In this document: piece by piece, positions 22,079 to 31,331 of the stretch
How positions within the stretch are numbered: the first letter of the stretch is position 1
Layout: each line of letters opens with the position of its first letter
Assembly: GCA_038143065.1 (NCBI GenBank)
Contig: JAYQLI010000035.1
Location: forward strand, 2,720,894-2,784,893
Source: Rhodospirillales bacterium
GTDB taxonomy: Bacteria > Pseudomonadota > Alphaproteobacteria > Bin95
DNA length: 64,000 nucleotides
Reading direction: 5' to 3'
Notes under the pieces: model-generated
What the model was told of the DNA's origin: nothing
Databases searched by the model: none
The model's input: only the letters and a program-made list of their open reading frames with translations
Made by a program: the position numbers and the translations under genes

Positions 22079-22699
22079 ATGATCCATCTGTACAGCTGGA
22101 ATACCTCCAACGGCAAGAAAATCTCTGTGGCTTTAGAAGAAATGGGTCTCGCTTATGAATTCCATCCGATTGATATTTCTAAAGATGAGCAGTTCCAGCC
22201 TCATTTTCTTAAAATAAGTCCTAACAATCGGATACCAGCTATTATTGATACTGAAGGACCTGACGGAAAAGAAATTAGTGTTTTTGAATCAGGGGCTATC
22301 CTTATTTATTTGGCAGAGAAAACTGGAAAATACATGCCAAAAGATGCTCATAAACGTACTGAAGTTTTAGAATGGCTGATGTGGCAAATGGGAGGCCTCG
22401 GTCCCATGCAAGGCCAAGCCCACCATTTTCGTCGCGCTGCAAAAGAGCAAGTGCCGTATGGCATCAAACGTTACACCGATGAGACTAACAGGCTTTATGG
22501 GGTCTTAGACAGACGGTTAGAAGGTCGTGACTTTATTTGTAACGATCTTTCGATTGCAGATTTTGCATGCATCGGATGGATCAGCCGATGGGAATGGGTT
22601 GATATTGATTGGGCGACATATCCCAATCTAAAAGCCTGGTTTGATCGCATGATGGCTCGCCCAGCTGTAGCAAAAGGAATGGATATACAAGCGGTCTGA
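22079..22699 (+). CDS. Glutathione S-transferase, YfcG/YghU (Nu-class) type
   Basis: TSNGKKI, SPNNRIPAI, FESGAIL, WLMWQMGGLGPMQGQ; ATG at 22079. Confidence 0.92.
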   Translation: MIHLYSWNTSNGKKISVALEEMGLAYEFHPIDISKDEQFQPHFLKISPNNRIPAIIDTEGPDGKEISVFESGAILIYLAEKTGKYMPKDAHKRTEVLEWLMWQMGGLGPMQGQAHHFRRAAKEQVPYGIKRYTDETNRLYGVLDRRLEGRDFICNDLSIADFACIGWISRWEWVDIDWATYPNLKAWFDRMMARPAVAKGMDIQAV

Positions 22700-22785
22700 G
22701 CATTACATCGACATCCACATCTTTTTCGATTGATTTTAGTAGCGCGCCTCATTTAAGCAATTCGCTCCAATCAAGAAAAAGCTGA

Positions 22786-22818
22786 AGATTTTGTCTGTAG
22801 GTCACTCGGACAAAATCT
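22786..22818 (-). terminator. Hairpin overlapping the CoA-transferase stop, possible terminator
   Basis: 10-bp inverted repeat AGATTTTGTC (22786-22795) / GACAAAATCT (22809-22818); minus strand continues TCAGCTTTTT. Confidence 0.35.
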
Positions 22819-23971
22819 CTTCCCGGTGTTGGTCTAGTGCTGGTGGTGGACGATCTAATTTTGGCCCATCCTCATTCGCTTTAAATGCGGCTCCGATGCC
22901 CGGTACCGGTTGATCAAGCCCTTGGACATTATTGAATGTTAGAAGAACATCGCGGTGGGCAAGCGTTGGATGGTTTAGTGCATCGGGTATGGGAAGTTGG
23001 GGTGCAGCTGGTACGCCAACTGCCGCCAATCTTTTTTCCCAGTTGAAAGCATTGTCGCTAGCTAAGCCAGCTTCCATTGCTGCTTTGACAGCCTCGGGGT
23101 TGTTTTTACGAGCAGCGGTATCTCTAAATTTTGGGTCATCTGCCAATTCTGGCTTTCCAAATGCCTTGGCCAAGCCTCGCCAATGTCCGTCTGTCAGAGC
23201 GCTAATCATTAAGTTCCCCTCGCCAGTCTTAAATAAGCCTGAGGTGGGCAATAATGCAGGGGATGAATTCCCCATCAGAGGTTGTTCAAACCCAATTGCC
23301 TGATATTGCACGATTGCCTGCGCTTGCATTGTTAAAGCTACATCAAACATCGCAACGTCTAGATGTTGGCCTTTACCTGTTTGGCTGCGGCGGAATAAAG
23401 CTGAAGCTACAGAGAAAGCAGCCGTCATTCCCGTAGCCATATCCACTACATTAAAGCCAACTCTGCACGGACCAGTTTCTGGATGTCCAGTGAGTGCAAT
23501 CATACCAGAGACAGCCTGGATTGCGCCATCATAGGCTGGCGCTCCAGCGTAAGGCCCTTCTTGCCCATAGCCAGATATGGAGCAGTAAATGATATTCGGC
23601 TTAATTTTTTTTGCCCATGAGTACCCATACCCTAATTTATCGATAGCTCCTGCTTTAAAATTTTGAATAACAACGTCAGCGGATTTGACTAGTTTTTCTA
23701 GAATTGGCCGCGTTTCTGGCGATTTCAGATCAAGGGCAATAGATCTTTTACCCGCATTCACGCTCAAAAAGATGGGAGAAAACCCCGCTTGTCCAAGTTC
23801 GTTATCGCCCATGATTGATCGACCTTGGTCACCACCCGCCTTTCCAGGTTGGGCTGGTTGTTCGATCTTGATAACATCTGCGCCAAGGAGAGCCATTTGC
23901 TCCGCGCAAAATGGCCCTGCCAGCACTTGTGTGAAATCAATTACTCTTATTCCTGCAAAAGCGCGGGCCAT
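22802..23971 (-). CDS. Family III (CaiB/BaiF) CoA-transferase
   Basis: DFTQVLAGP, NAGKRS, QNFK, AYDG, VVDMATG (catalytic Asp), PPALDQH. Confidence 0.93.
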   Translation of the reverse strand: MARAFAGIRVIDFTQVLAGPFCAEQMALLGADVIKIEQPAQPGKAGGDQGRSIMGDNELGQAGFSPIFLSVNAGKRSIALDLKSPETRPILEKLVKSADVVIQNFKAGAIDKLGYGYSWAKKIKPNIIYCSISGYGQEGPYAGAPAYDGAIQAVSGMIALTGHPETGPCRVGFNVVDMATGMTAAFSVASALFRRSQTGKGQHLDVAMFDVALTMQAQAIVQYQAIGFEQPLMGNSSPALLPTSGLFKTGEGNLMISALTDGHWRGLAKAFGKPELADDPKFRDTAARKNNPEAVKAAMEAGLASDNAFNWEKRLAAVGVPAAPQLPIPDALNHPTLAHRDVLLTFNNVQGLDQPVPGIGAAFKANEDGPKLDRPPPALDQHREEILSE

Positions 23972-24275
23972 CTAGTTCTCCTATATCAACGAAGTGTAGA
24001 ATAGTCGTTCTTTTGTCATATGCTCAACGCCGAAGTGTTGAAGGGGCAAATAAGTATCGTTCTAGGGGGAGCGGAAAATAAGGCAGAATAAGAAAATCTA
24101 TAAATTTTGGAGGTGTCGTATTTGCAAGGATTTGTATTTGAATTTACCTGCTGGGGTGAATTCAACTGGCTTCAGGAAGTATAAATTTAGGCAATCAAGG
24201 CCAACAAAATTAAATGCAATGCTGATTTTAGATTAATTAGAAATTTGCACCCCGTTTCAGAGGATTTTCAACCAT

Positions 24276-24905
24276 ATGAAACAAGATAGGGCCCTATACG
24301 TATTCGGTTATGGATCTTTAATGTGGAGGCCTGACTTTCCATATGTTTGGTGCAGCCCTGCCCTTGCACTTGGGCATAGTCGAAAGCTGTGCGTGTGGTC
24401 TTCGACTTATCGTGGTAGTCCTGAACGGCCAGGCTTAGTATTTGGGTTAGACATCACACCAGGCTGTACTGCGCCGGGAATGCTCTTCAAAGTTGATGGG
24501 ATGGACCGGCGAAAAGTTATTCACTACCTCTTTCAACGTGAATTAATTTATCCGATCTATCAGCCTAGTCGAGTGATAGTAGAAGTAGAGAATAACACTC
24601 TTCCCGCGCTCACTTTCACTGTAGATCGAGATGATCCTGCTTATGCGATCGAGATAAATAGGGATGTGCGTAGAGCTGCCATTGCATCTGGAGCGGGAAG
24701 GGCTGGCCGCGCAAAAGATTATCTTGCAAATGCGTTGTCAAAATTGCGCGAATTGGGCGTTCATGAGCCTGAGTTGGAAGCAGACCTGATAGCTGCTGAG
24801 GATTTGCGGGACGACCCTCAGCTACTTTTTAGCCTCATCAATCAAGCGATGCGTCGCCGTCTCGATTTGGTGTTCAAGCCTGCGCATGAACGTCCGCCGG
24901 TCTAG
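24276..24905 (+). CDS. chaC: ChaC-like gamma-glutamylcyclotransferase
   Basis: VFGYGSLMWRP, YRGSPERPGLVFGL, YLFQREL, GRAKDYL. Confidence 0.88.
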   Translation: MKQDRALYVFGYGSLMWRPDFPYVWCSPALALGHSRKLCVWSSTYRGSPERPGLVFGLDITPGCTAPGMLFKVDGMDRRKVIHYLFQRELIYPIYQPSRVIVEVENNTLPALTFTVDRDDPAYAIEINRDVRRAAIASGAGRAGRAKDYLANALSKLRELGVHEPELEADLIAAEDLRDDPQLLFSLINQAMRRRLDLVFKPAHERPPV

Positions 24906-25532
24906 TCCATGTTCAATGGGGGGAAGAAATTCAATGACAACAGTACCTCTCTTCTTACTGAAAGAGTTTCGGCCCCAAAAGACTCCAGAATTGAGAGCAA
25001 CTGGTATGATACTGTGCTCGAGGCCTCTGTACATTGCTGCTGCCCCTGGAAGATAAGCTGGAGCGGCACCTGGTGCTTTACGAGTGCCCTCTGGAAAGAT
25101 AATCACGGAACGTGAATTTTGTAATGCGAGCCGCGTTTTTGTTAGCATTCGCCTAATGGCTAATGCTCCTGAAGTACGGTCTATAGCAACCATGCCTGCG
25201 CGCCATAGAAATGGTCCCAATGGCGGAAGAAACAGAAGCGAACGTTTCATTATAAAAGTGGGTTGGTCTAAAATCACAGCAAAGGCAATTGTTTCCCATG
25301 CAGACTGATGTTTTGCCGCAATAATAGTAGCTTGTGTTGGGACCTTTCCTCTCACTTCGTATTCTAGGCCAACAATGTGTTTCAACATTTTTAGGGAAAT
25401 TTTTCCCCAAAGACGGCCAAAAGCATTCACCCACTTTTGTCTAATCAGTAAGAGTGGAAGGCCAAAAGTACCCAATGCAACTGTCATTAATATGAATAGA
25501 AAATTAAAAAGGATTGAACGGATTAGAGTCAT
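24822..25532 (-). CDS. plsC: 1-acyl-sn-glycerol-3-phosphate acyltransferase
   Basis: KHQSAWET, IDR, IFPEGTR, PVALNSG. Confidence 0.92.
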   Translation of the reverse strand: MTLIRSILFNFLFILMTVALGTFGLPLLLIRQKWVNAFGRLWGKISLKMLKHIVGLEYEVRGKVPTQATIIAAKHQSAWETIAFAVILDQPTFIMKRSLLFLPPLGPFLWRAGMVAIDRTSGALAIRRMLTKTRLALQNSRSVIIFPEGTRKAPGAAPAYLPGAAAMYRGLEHSIIPVALNSGVFWGRNSFSKKRGTVVIEFLPPIEHGLDRRTFMRRLEHQIETATHRLIDEAKK

Positions 25533-25838
25533 TTTCAGTAGTCAATTCGTTTTCGTGCATTCTGCAAATATCAAGTTTGTAGCGTTGGTATAAACTTCTC
25601 TCGATGAATGTCTTAAAAATTATTTTGTTTATCAGATTAATCGAATCCAAATTCACCTAGCTATTCAAGTTGCAGTTACGTTTTTGAGTTAAGCCGCTAT
25701 ATTTGAAGAAATAACAGTGGGATTGCGTCGTGGCAGGCGGAGCATCGCGTTGTGACGAAGAATCATTTACATAACTATAAAACATCTTCAGGCGGGAATG
25801 TGTTTTTCTGACCTAGTTATTTGACTTAATGGAAATCG

Positions 25839-26576
25839 ATGCTGCTCGTTTGCCCAAATTGTGATGCGCGATATCTGGCTCCTGATCATGAAATCGGGCC
25901 AAATGGTCGGCGGGTTCGTTGTGCCCGTTGTGCTTTTGTTTGGCGCGCTCAGTTATCCTCCCCAGTTAAGGTAGATAAACAAGAAAGTTCATCAACTTTT
26001 GACAAGACAACTCAACATGAAGACGTGCAAGGTGCAAAGTCAGAGGAGCGTTTTTTTACAGATGTTTCTGGGAAAGTAGAGCCTTTACCACCTTCTCGTG
26101 TACCCGCGCTTCGAAATACAAAAAGGCCTAGGAGATATTGGCCTGCTTATTTTCTTGCTGGCGCGATAGGTTTTGCCGTAGTTCCAAATTTAACACTCTT
26201 TCATGAGCAGCTTTCGTTGGCGTGGTCTGAAACCATCAAGTTAATTCAAACGGGCTCGAATGTCGGGGATGAGAATAATGCCGGGCAGCAGGACGGTAAT
26301 TTTGAAGTCAGGGATTTGAAAAACGAATGGGTGAATAAAGAAACAGGACTTCAATTGGTCATCCGCGGGATAGTAGCTAACAAGTCTGGTACAAAACAAC
26401 CAGGACAGTTTTTGCGCATTCGTCTATTTGATAGTGGAGATAATAAAGTACGTGATAGGCGTGAAGAAGTACTTGGAGGAAGTTATAGTCCAGGTGAAAG
26501 AAGACCGTTCACTATAATTTTTGAAGATCCGGGTGATGTTGCAAGGGCTCTTCCAACAGTCGAGGCTGCCAATTAA
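25839..26576 (+). CDS. ZitP-like protein: MJ0042-type zinc ribbon, TM helix, DUF3426-like domain
   Basis: CPNCDARY...GRRVRCARC; hydrophobic segment YWPAYFLAGAIGFAVV; C-terminal LVIRGIVAN...PGERRPF. Confidence 0.82.
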   Translation: MLLVCPNCDARYLAPDHEIGPNGRRVRCARCAFVWRAQLSSPVKVDKQESSSTFDKTTQHEDVQGAKSEERFFTDVSGKVEPLPPSRVPALRNTKRPRRYWPAYFLAGAIGFAVVPNLTLFHEQLSLAWSETIKLIQTGSNVGDENNAGQQDGNFEVRDLKNEWVNKETGLQLVIRGIVANKSGTKQPGQFLRIRLFDSGDNKVRDRREEVLGGSYSPGERRPFTIIFEDPGDVARALPTVEAAN

Positions 26577-26652
26577 ATAGGATTAAAAGGACTAAAAAAT
26601 TTTCTTTTTTCATCACAAGGGTTTTGCATAACTTTATGCCGCTGATCTGAAT

Positions 26653-27090
26653 TCAATTTAGAAGTTCAGCCATCGCATCAATCGCCACCCGATATCCAGC
26701 TACTCCTAAACCAGCAATGATTCCAGTGGCTGCTAGTGACACATACGATTGATGTCTAAAGCGTTCTCGTGTGTGAGGATTAGATATATGCAATTCTATT
26801 ACTGGACCTTTGACCATTTTTAATGCGTCTAGAATTGCTACAGAAGTGTGCGTGTATGCGGCTGGATTTATGATGATGCCATCAAATTTTTCGATCGCCT
26901 CTTGTATCCAACTCACAAGTTCCCCTTCGGAATTTGACTGTCGGAAATCAATTGCCAGACCGCGCATTGCGGCCTGTGCTTCTGATATCTTTTTTACTTC
27001 AGCTAGCGTGGTTGCCCCATAAATTTCTGGCTCACGGACGCCCAGCATGTTCAGATTGGGGCCATTTAAAAACAAGATTGTCTTTGACAT
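26653..27090 (-). CDS. aroQ: Type II 3-dehydroquinate dehydratase
   Basis: NGPNLNMLGVREPEIYG, NPAAYTHTS, ELHISNPHTRE. Confidence 0.97.
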   Translation of the reverse strand: MSKTILFLNGPNLNMLGVREPEIYGATTLAEVKKISEAQAAMRGLAIDFRQSNSEGELVSWIQEAIEKFDGIIINPAAYTHTSVAILDALKMVKGPVIELHISNPHTRERFRHQSYVSLAATGIIAGLGVAGYRVAIDAMAELLN

Positions 27091-27114
27091 CTAAAAAATT
27101 CCCCTGATCTTCAT

Positions 27115-27129
27115 TTAATACCCGGTTAA
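27115..27129. promoter_or_regulatory. CtrA-box-like motif TTAA-N7-TTAA
   Basis: TTAA TACCCGG TTAA in the aroQ / hydrolase divergent intergenic region; an 8-base motif can occur by chance. Confidence 0.3.
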
Positions 27130-27314
27130 GCCTAATGCATAAAAGATGCAAGATTTTTAGGGCCGTCTTGACCGAAGTAATTTTTGCCTAAACTGGAATA
27201 CATTAGAGTGAGTGTAAGAACTAAGATGGATATTATTTTGAAAAAAAAGGTTCTGACTCGTACATCCCCCGATCGGTAGATTAATAGGTGGGATTGAAAA
27301 ATTGGGGGGTTCAA

Positions 27315-28139
27315 ATGTCAGCTATTTACGAGGTTGAGGTGCAAGATGTCGTATATTTACAAGTTGATGGATTGGAACTTCTTGCCAGAATCTATCGTCC
27401 GCTTGGAGTAGGACCTTTTAAGGGTGTCGTCGAGGTTCATGGTGGAGCATGGACTGCAAATGACAGGCTAACCAATAAAGATATTCATATGCCGTTGGCA
27501 GCAAGTGGGGTTGTTGTAATGGCTATCGATTTTCGAATGCCCCCTTTCAAAGGCTATCCCGCATCTGTTCAAGATGTGAATCTAGCTATCCGTTGGCTGA
27601 AATCGAAGGCAGATGATTTTCAAATCGATAAAGCTAGGATTGGTATCCTTGGGACATCAAGCGGTGGTCATCAGGCCATGCTTTGCGCCCTTCGTCCAAC
27701 AAATGCCGAATATAATCAACACATTCTGCATGGTGGGTATGATGCGATGGTAAATTTTGCGGTTTTGTGTTGGCCCGTATTGGATCCCTTGGCGCGTTAC
27801 AGAATGGTCATGTCAAATGGGAACGAAAGACTTTTTCTTGCTCATAAGGCCTTTTGGCCTGACGAAAAAGCTATGGCCGATGGTAACCCTCAACTAATTG
27901 TTGAGCGTGGGAAGCCAATTGATTGTCCACCCGTCCTAGTTATTCAAGGCACTAATGACGATAATCTTACACCGGATATGGCAGATAGATTTGCTTCAGC
28001 GTACAAGGTTGCGGGTGGAAAAATTCAACTCAAAAAATTTCAAGGAGCACCCCACGCTTTTATAGCTAGGGACCCCAACTCCGAGCATGCAAAAGAAGCC
28101 ATCGGAGTTATTGTTGAGTTTGTTAAAGAGGTGGAATGA
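27315..28139 (+). CDS. Alpha/beta hydrolase (HSL-like esterase/lipase)
   Basis: HGGAW oxyanion motif, GTSSGG nucleophile elbow, GTNDD, PHAF. Confidence 0.9.
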   Translation: MSAIYEVEVQDVVYLQVDGLELLARIYRPLGVGPFKGVVEVHGGAWTANDRLTNKDIHMPLAASGVVVMAIDFRMPPFKGYPASVQDVNLAIRWLKSKADDFQIDKARIGILGTSSGGHQAMLCALRPTNAEYNQHILHGGYDAMVNFAVLCWPVLDPLARYRMVMSNGNERLFLAHKAFWPDEKAMADGNPQLIVERGKPIDCPPVLVIQGTNDDNLTPDMADRFASAYKVAGGKIQLKKFQGAPHAFIARDPNSEHAKEAIGVIVEFVKEVE

Positions 28140-28178
28140 ATTTTAATTTCTGTCTGCATAGGCAGTTTGCAAATTAGC

Positions 28179-28925
28179 TTAAGCTGCCGGTCGACTGGCA
28201 GCTAACATGTAATTCATTGAAAGGTCCGTGCTTCTTCTCCATTCGTCTGTAAGAAGATCATAGGATATGCCTTCAGGTTTTTTGACAATAAGACCAGCTT
28301 CGCGCAGAGGGCGAGCTAATTCAGATGGCTTTAGGAACTTTCGCCAATCATGAGTTCCGCGTGGCAGCCAGCCTACAACATATTCTGCAGCAAATTTTGC
28401 TAAGACCAATGCCTTTGGAGTTCTGTTGATCGTTGCAGCTACAAGTAAGCCGCCGGGGCGTGTAAGGTTTGCCAATGCTCGTAAAAATGCTCCAGGGTCG
28501 GGCACATGTTCCACTACTTCCAAGGATACCACCAGGTCAAAGTTTGCACCCCTCGACGCTAAATTCTCCGCAGTATCCATTTGGTAGTCTATTTCAAGGC
28601 CCGATATCTCGGCATGAGTTTTTGCCGCTTCAATATTATTGTCTGTGACGTCGATGCCCACGGTCTTAGCGCCCAGGCGCGCAAGAGGTTCTGTTATCAA
28701 GCCTCCTCCGCAGCCAACATCTATTGCAGATAGTCCTTTGAGTTGGCTTAACCCTCTAGGCCTTGAGAAATGCTCTGACACCATGTCTGCGATGAAGCCC
28801 ATGCGCGCCGGACCAAGTCGGTGCAGTGGCTGAAAGGCACCATTTGGATCCCACCACTGATCAGCTAATGCTGCAAATTGAGCAGCCTCGCGAGGGTCGA
28901 TGTTTTCTGCGGCGATTACGCTCAT
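28179..28925 (-). CDS. ubiG: Ubiquinone biosynthesis O-methyltransferase
   Basis: WWDPNG..PLH, DVGCGGG, LEVVEHV, TINRT, GTHDW. Confidence 0.95.
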   Translation of the reverse strand: MSVIAAENIDPREAAQFAALADQWWDPNGAFQPLHRLGPARMGFIADMVSEHFSRPRGLSQLKGLSAIDVGCGGGLITEPLARLGAKTVGIDVTDNNIEAAKTHAEISGLEIDYQMDTAENLASRGANFDLVVSLEVVEHVPDPGAFLRALANLTRPGGLLVAATINRTPKALVLAKFAAEYVVGWLPRGTHDWRKFLKPSELARPLREAGLIVKKPEGISYDLLTDEWRRSTDLSMNYMLAASRPAA

Positions 28926-29060
28926 CCGATAATCACTCCTCTAACGTGGCTTGCCGGTGGGCTTACTCGTCAATATGTTGCGGAAAATTTTGTAGGCAAT
29001 AATTATAAGTATATCTCGCCAGTTTCAATTAGTTGTTTAGAGCTTAAGGGATTTTCCACA

Positions 29061-30281
29061 GTGGCGCGTATCGTCCAAAAATTTGGCGGCACTTCTGTTG
29101 CTAACCTTGATTGCATTCGAAATGTTGCAGTTCGAGTTAAGGCCGCACGTGATGCTGGTAATCAAGTGGCAGTAGTGGTGTCAGCTATGGCCGGCGAAAC
29201 AAATAAGCTTGTTGACCTTGTTAAGCAGGCCTCGGCACTGCACGACTCCGCTGAGTATGACGCAATAGTAGCTACAGGGGAGCAAGTCACAGCAGGACTC
29301 CTTTCTATAGTTCTTCAATCCATGGGAGTGACCGCTAGGTCATTTCTTGGTTGGCAGCTACCCATTAAAACCGATGGGATCCACGGTCGCGCTCGCATTG
29401 ATGATATTGATGGCAGTCAAGCAGTATCTCTAATGGAGAAAGGCCATGTGGTTGTCATCGCTGGTTTTCAGGGATTGAGCCCCGATAAGAGAGTGACAAC
29501 TTTGGGGCGAGGTGGGTCTGATACAACTGCAGTGGCCCTCGCAGCAGCGTTTAAGGCGGATCGCTGCGAAATCTATACGGATGTTGATGGTGTTTATACT
29601 TGCGATCCAAGGATTGTGCCCAAAGCGCGAAAAATCGACCGCATTACCTACGAGGAAATGCTGGAGATGGCCTCTCAGGGTGCCAAGGTTCTGCAGACAC
29701 GTTCTGTTGAAATGGCTATGAACTTTAACGTGCCTGTTACCGTTCTTTCTAGTTTTGAGGATAAGCCAGGCACAATAGTTGCGGCGGAGAATGAGAATAT
29801 GGAGCAAGAAGTCGTCACCGGAATAGCCTATGACAAAAATGAGGCAAAAATCACTTTATCGAGTGTGGATGACCGTCCTGGCGTGGCTGCAGCTATTTTT
29901 GGACCTCTCACAGAGGCAGAAATTAATGTGGATATGATCGTTCAGAATGTATCTGCAGATGGTAAAACTACCGACATGACCTTCACAGTTTCCGAGGCAG
30001 ATTTTGATCGTACAATTGATCACCTTGATCGCCATAAAAGCGAAATAGGGTTTAAACAAATTTTGGCAGACCGAAACGTGGCAAAGATTTCGGTTGTTGG
30101 TGTAGGAATGAGAAGCCACGCGGGTGTAGCTCAGCGGATGTTTAAAGCTCTTGCAGATAAAGGTGTGAACATTCAGGTGATTTCGACGTCCGAAATAAAA
30201 GTTAGTGTATTGATTTCACAAGATTATTTGGAACTTGCCCTTCGGGCGCTTCATACTGCTTATGGTCTCGACGCAGAGTGA
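29061..30281 (+). CDS. lysC: Aspartate kinase
   Basis: VQKFGGTSV, VVSAM, TLGRGGSDT, TDVDGV, two ACT domains; GTG start at 29061. Confidence 0.97.
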   Translation: MARIVQKFGGTSVANLDCIRNVAVRVKAARDAGNQVAVVVSAMAGETNKLVDLVKQASALHDSAEYDAIVATGEQVTAGLLSIVLQSMGVTARSFLGWQLPIKTDGIHGRARIDDIDGSQAVSLMEKGHVVVIAGFQGLSPDKRVTTLGRGGSDTTAVALAAAFKADRCEIYTDVDGVYTCDPRIVPKARKIDRITYEEMLEMASQGAKVLQTRSVEMAMNFNVPVTVLSSFEDKPGTIVAAENENMEQEVVTGIAYDKNEAKITLSSVDDRPGVAAAIFGPLTEAEINVDMIVQNVSADGKTTDMTFTVSEADFDRTIDHLDRHKSEIGFKQILADRNVAKISVVGVGMRSHAGVAQRMFKALADKGVNIQVISTSEIKVSVLISQDYLELALRALHTAYGLDAE

Positions 30282-30286
30282 GATGA

Positions 30287-31303
30287 ATGGATAAATTAGC
30301 TGCCCAAGAGCAAATAAAACACCTCTCGTCCCGAGGTAGGGAATTGTTAGGCGTAGAACATTCAATTTTGGGTGGCGCTATGACTTGGGTATCTGAGCGT
30401 AACCTGGTTGCAGCAATATCTAATGCTGGGGGCTTTGGTGTAATCGCATGTGGTTCTATGACCACGGAACTTCTTCGCGCCGAAATAAGAGCTACAAAGG
30501 CGCTCACGTCTAAGTCGTTTGGCGTTAATTTGATAGTTATGCATCCAGACTTAATGGACCTGGTTGAGGTTTGTGGAGAGGAACAGGTTGGTTGCATTGT
30601 GCTGGCAGGTGGGATTCCGCCGCGCGCGGTTATGCGGCGGGTCAAAGAATTGGGGGCAACCTTGATTGGCTTTGCGCCAGCCTTGGGAATTGCAAGGAAA
30701 CTTGTCCGTGATGGGGCTGATGGGCTGATAATTGAAGGAACTGAGGCGGGAGGTCACATTGGGCCCGTAGCTACCTCTGTTTTAGCTCAAGAAATCCTCC
30801 CAAATATCCCCGAAGTGCCTGTCTTCGTGGCCGGTGGAATTGGTCGCGGTGAGGCAATTCTATCATACTTGGAAATGGGTGCAGCAGGTTGTCAGCTTGG
30901 TACGCGTTTCGTTTGTTCGGAAGAGTCGATTGCTCACGCAAATTTCAAGAAAGCCTTTCTAAAGGGAGCTGCTCGTGACGCAATGGCTAGCGTCCAGGTT
31001 GACCCGCGGTTCCCTGTAATCCCAGTACGTGCTCTTCAGAATGAAGCGCAAAAGCGTTTTATTGAGACTCAACATTCGGTGATTGAAAGATGGCGATCCG
31101 GAGAGATTGACCAGAAGTCAGCTCAACTGGAGATCGAGCATTTTTGGGCAGGTGCGCTGCGTCGAGCCGTAATTGATGGTGATGTTGAGGGAGGCTCGTT
31201 GATGGCGGGACAGAGTGTGGGAATGGTCAATGCTGTGCAGCCAGCTGCTTCCATCATTGCTGAGTTGCTTGATCAAGCAGAGGAAGCGCTGATAAAGCGT
31301 TGA
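30287..31303 (+). CDS. Nitronate monooxygenase / FabK-like flavoprotein
   Basis: GGAMTW, SNAGGFG, EGTEAGGHIG, AGGIG, QLGTRF, MAGQSVG. Confidence 0.9.
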   Translation: MDKLAAQEQIKHLSSRGRELLGVEHSILGGAMTWVSERNLVAAISNAGGFGVIACGSMTTELLRAEIRATKALTSKSFGVNLIVMHPDLMDLVEVCGEEQVGCIVLAGGIPPRAVMRRVKELGATLIGFAPALGIARKLVRDGADGLIIEGTEAGGHIGPVATSVLAQEILPNIPEVPVFVAGGIGRGEAILSYLEMGAAGCQLGTRFVCSEESIAHANFKKAFLKGAARDAMASVQVDPRFPVIPVRALQNEAQKRFIETQHSVIERWRSGEIDQKSAQLEIEHFWAGALRRAVIDGDVEGGSLMAGQSVGMVNAVQPAASIIAELLDQAEEALIKR

Positions 31304-31331
31304 GAAAATTTAGCTTAATGGGATAACAAAC

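Noticed and set aside
22495-22752. Short antisense or alternate-frame ORFs (also 4410-4907, 8073-8483, 14431-14898, 20253-20735, 30202-30645, 59282-59707)
   Set aside because: They shadow well-supported genes and carry no recognisable motifs
23972-24275. AT-rich 300-bp spacer as sRNA or mobile-element scar
   Set aside because: No convincing stem, repeat or ORF; consistent with divergent promoters
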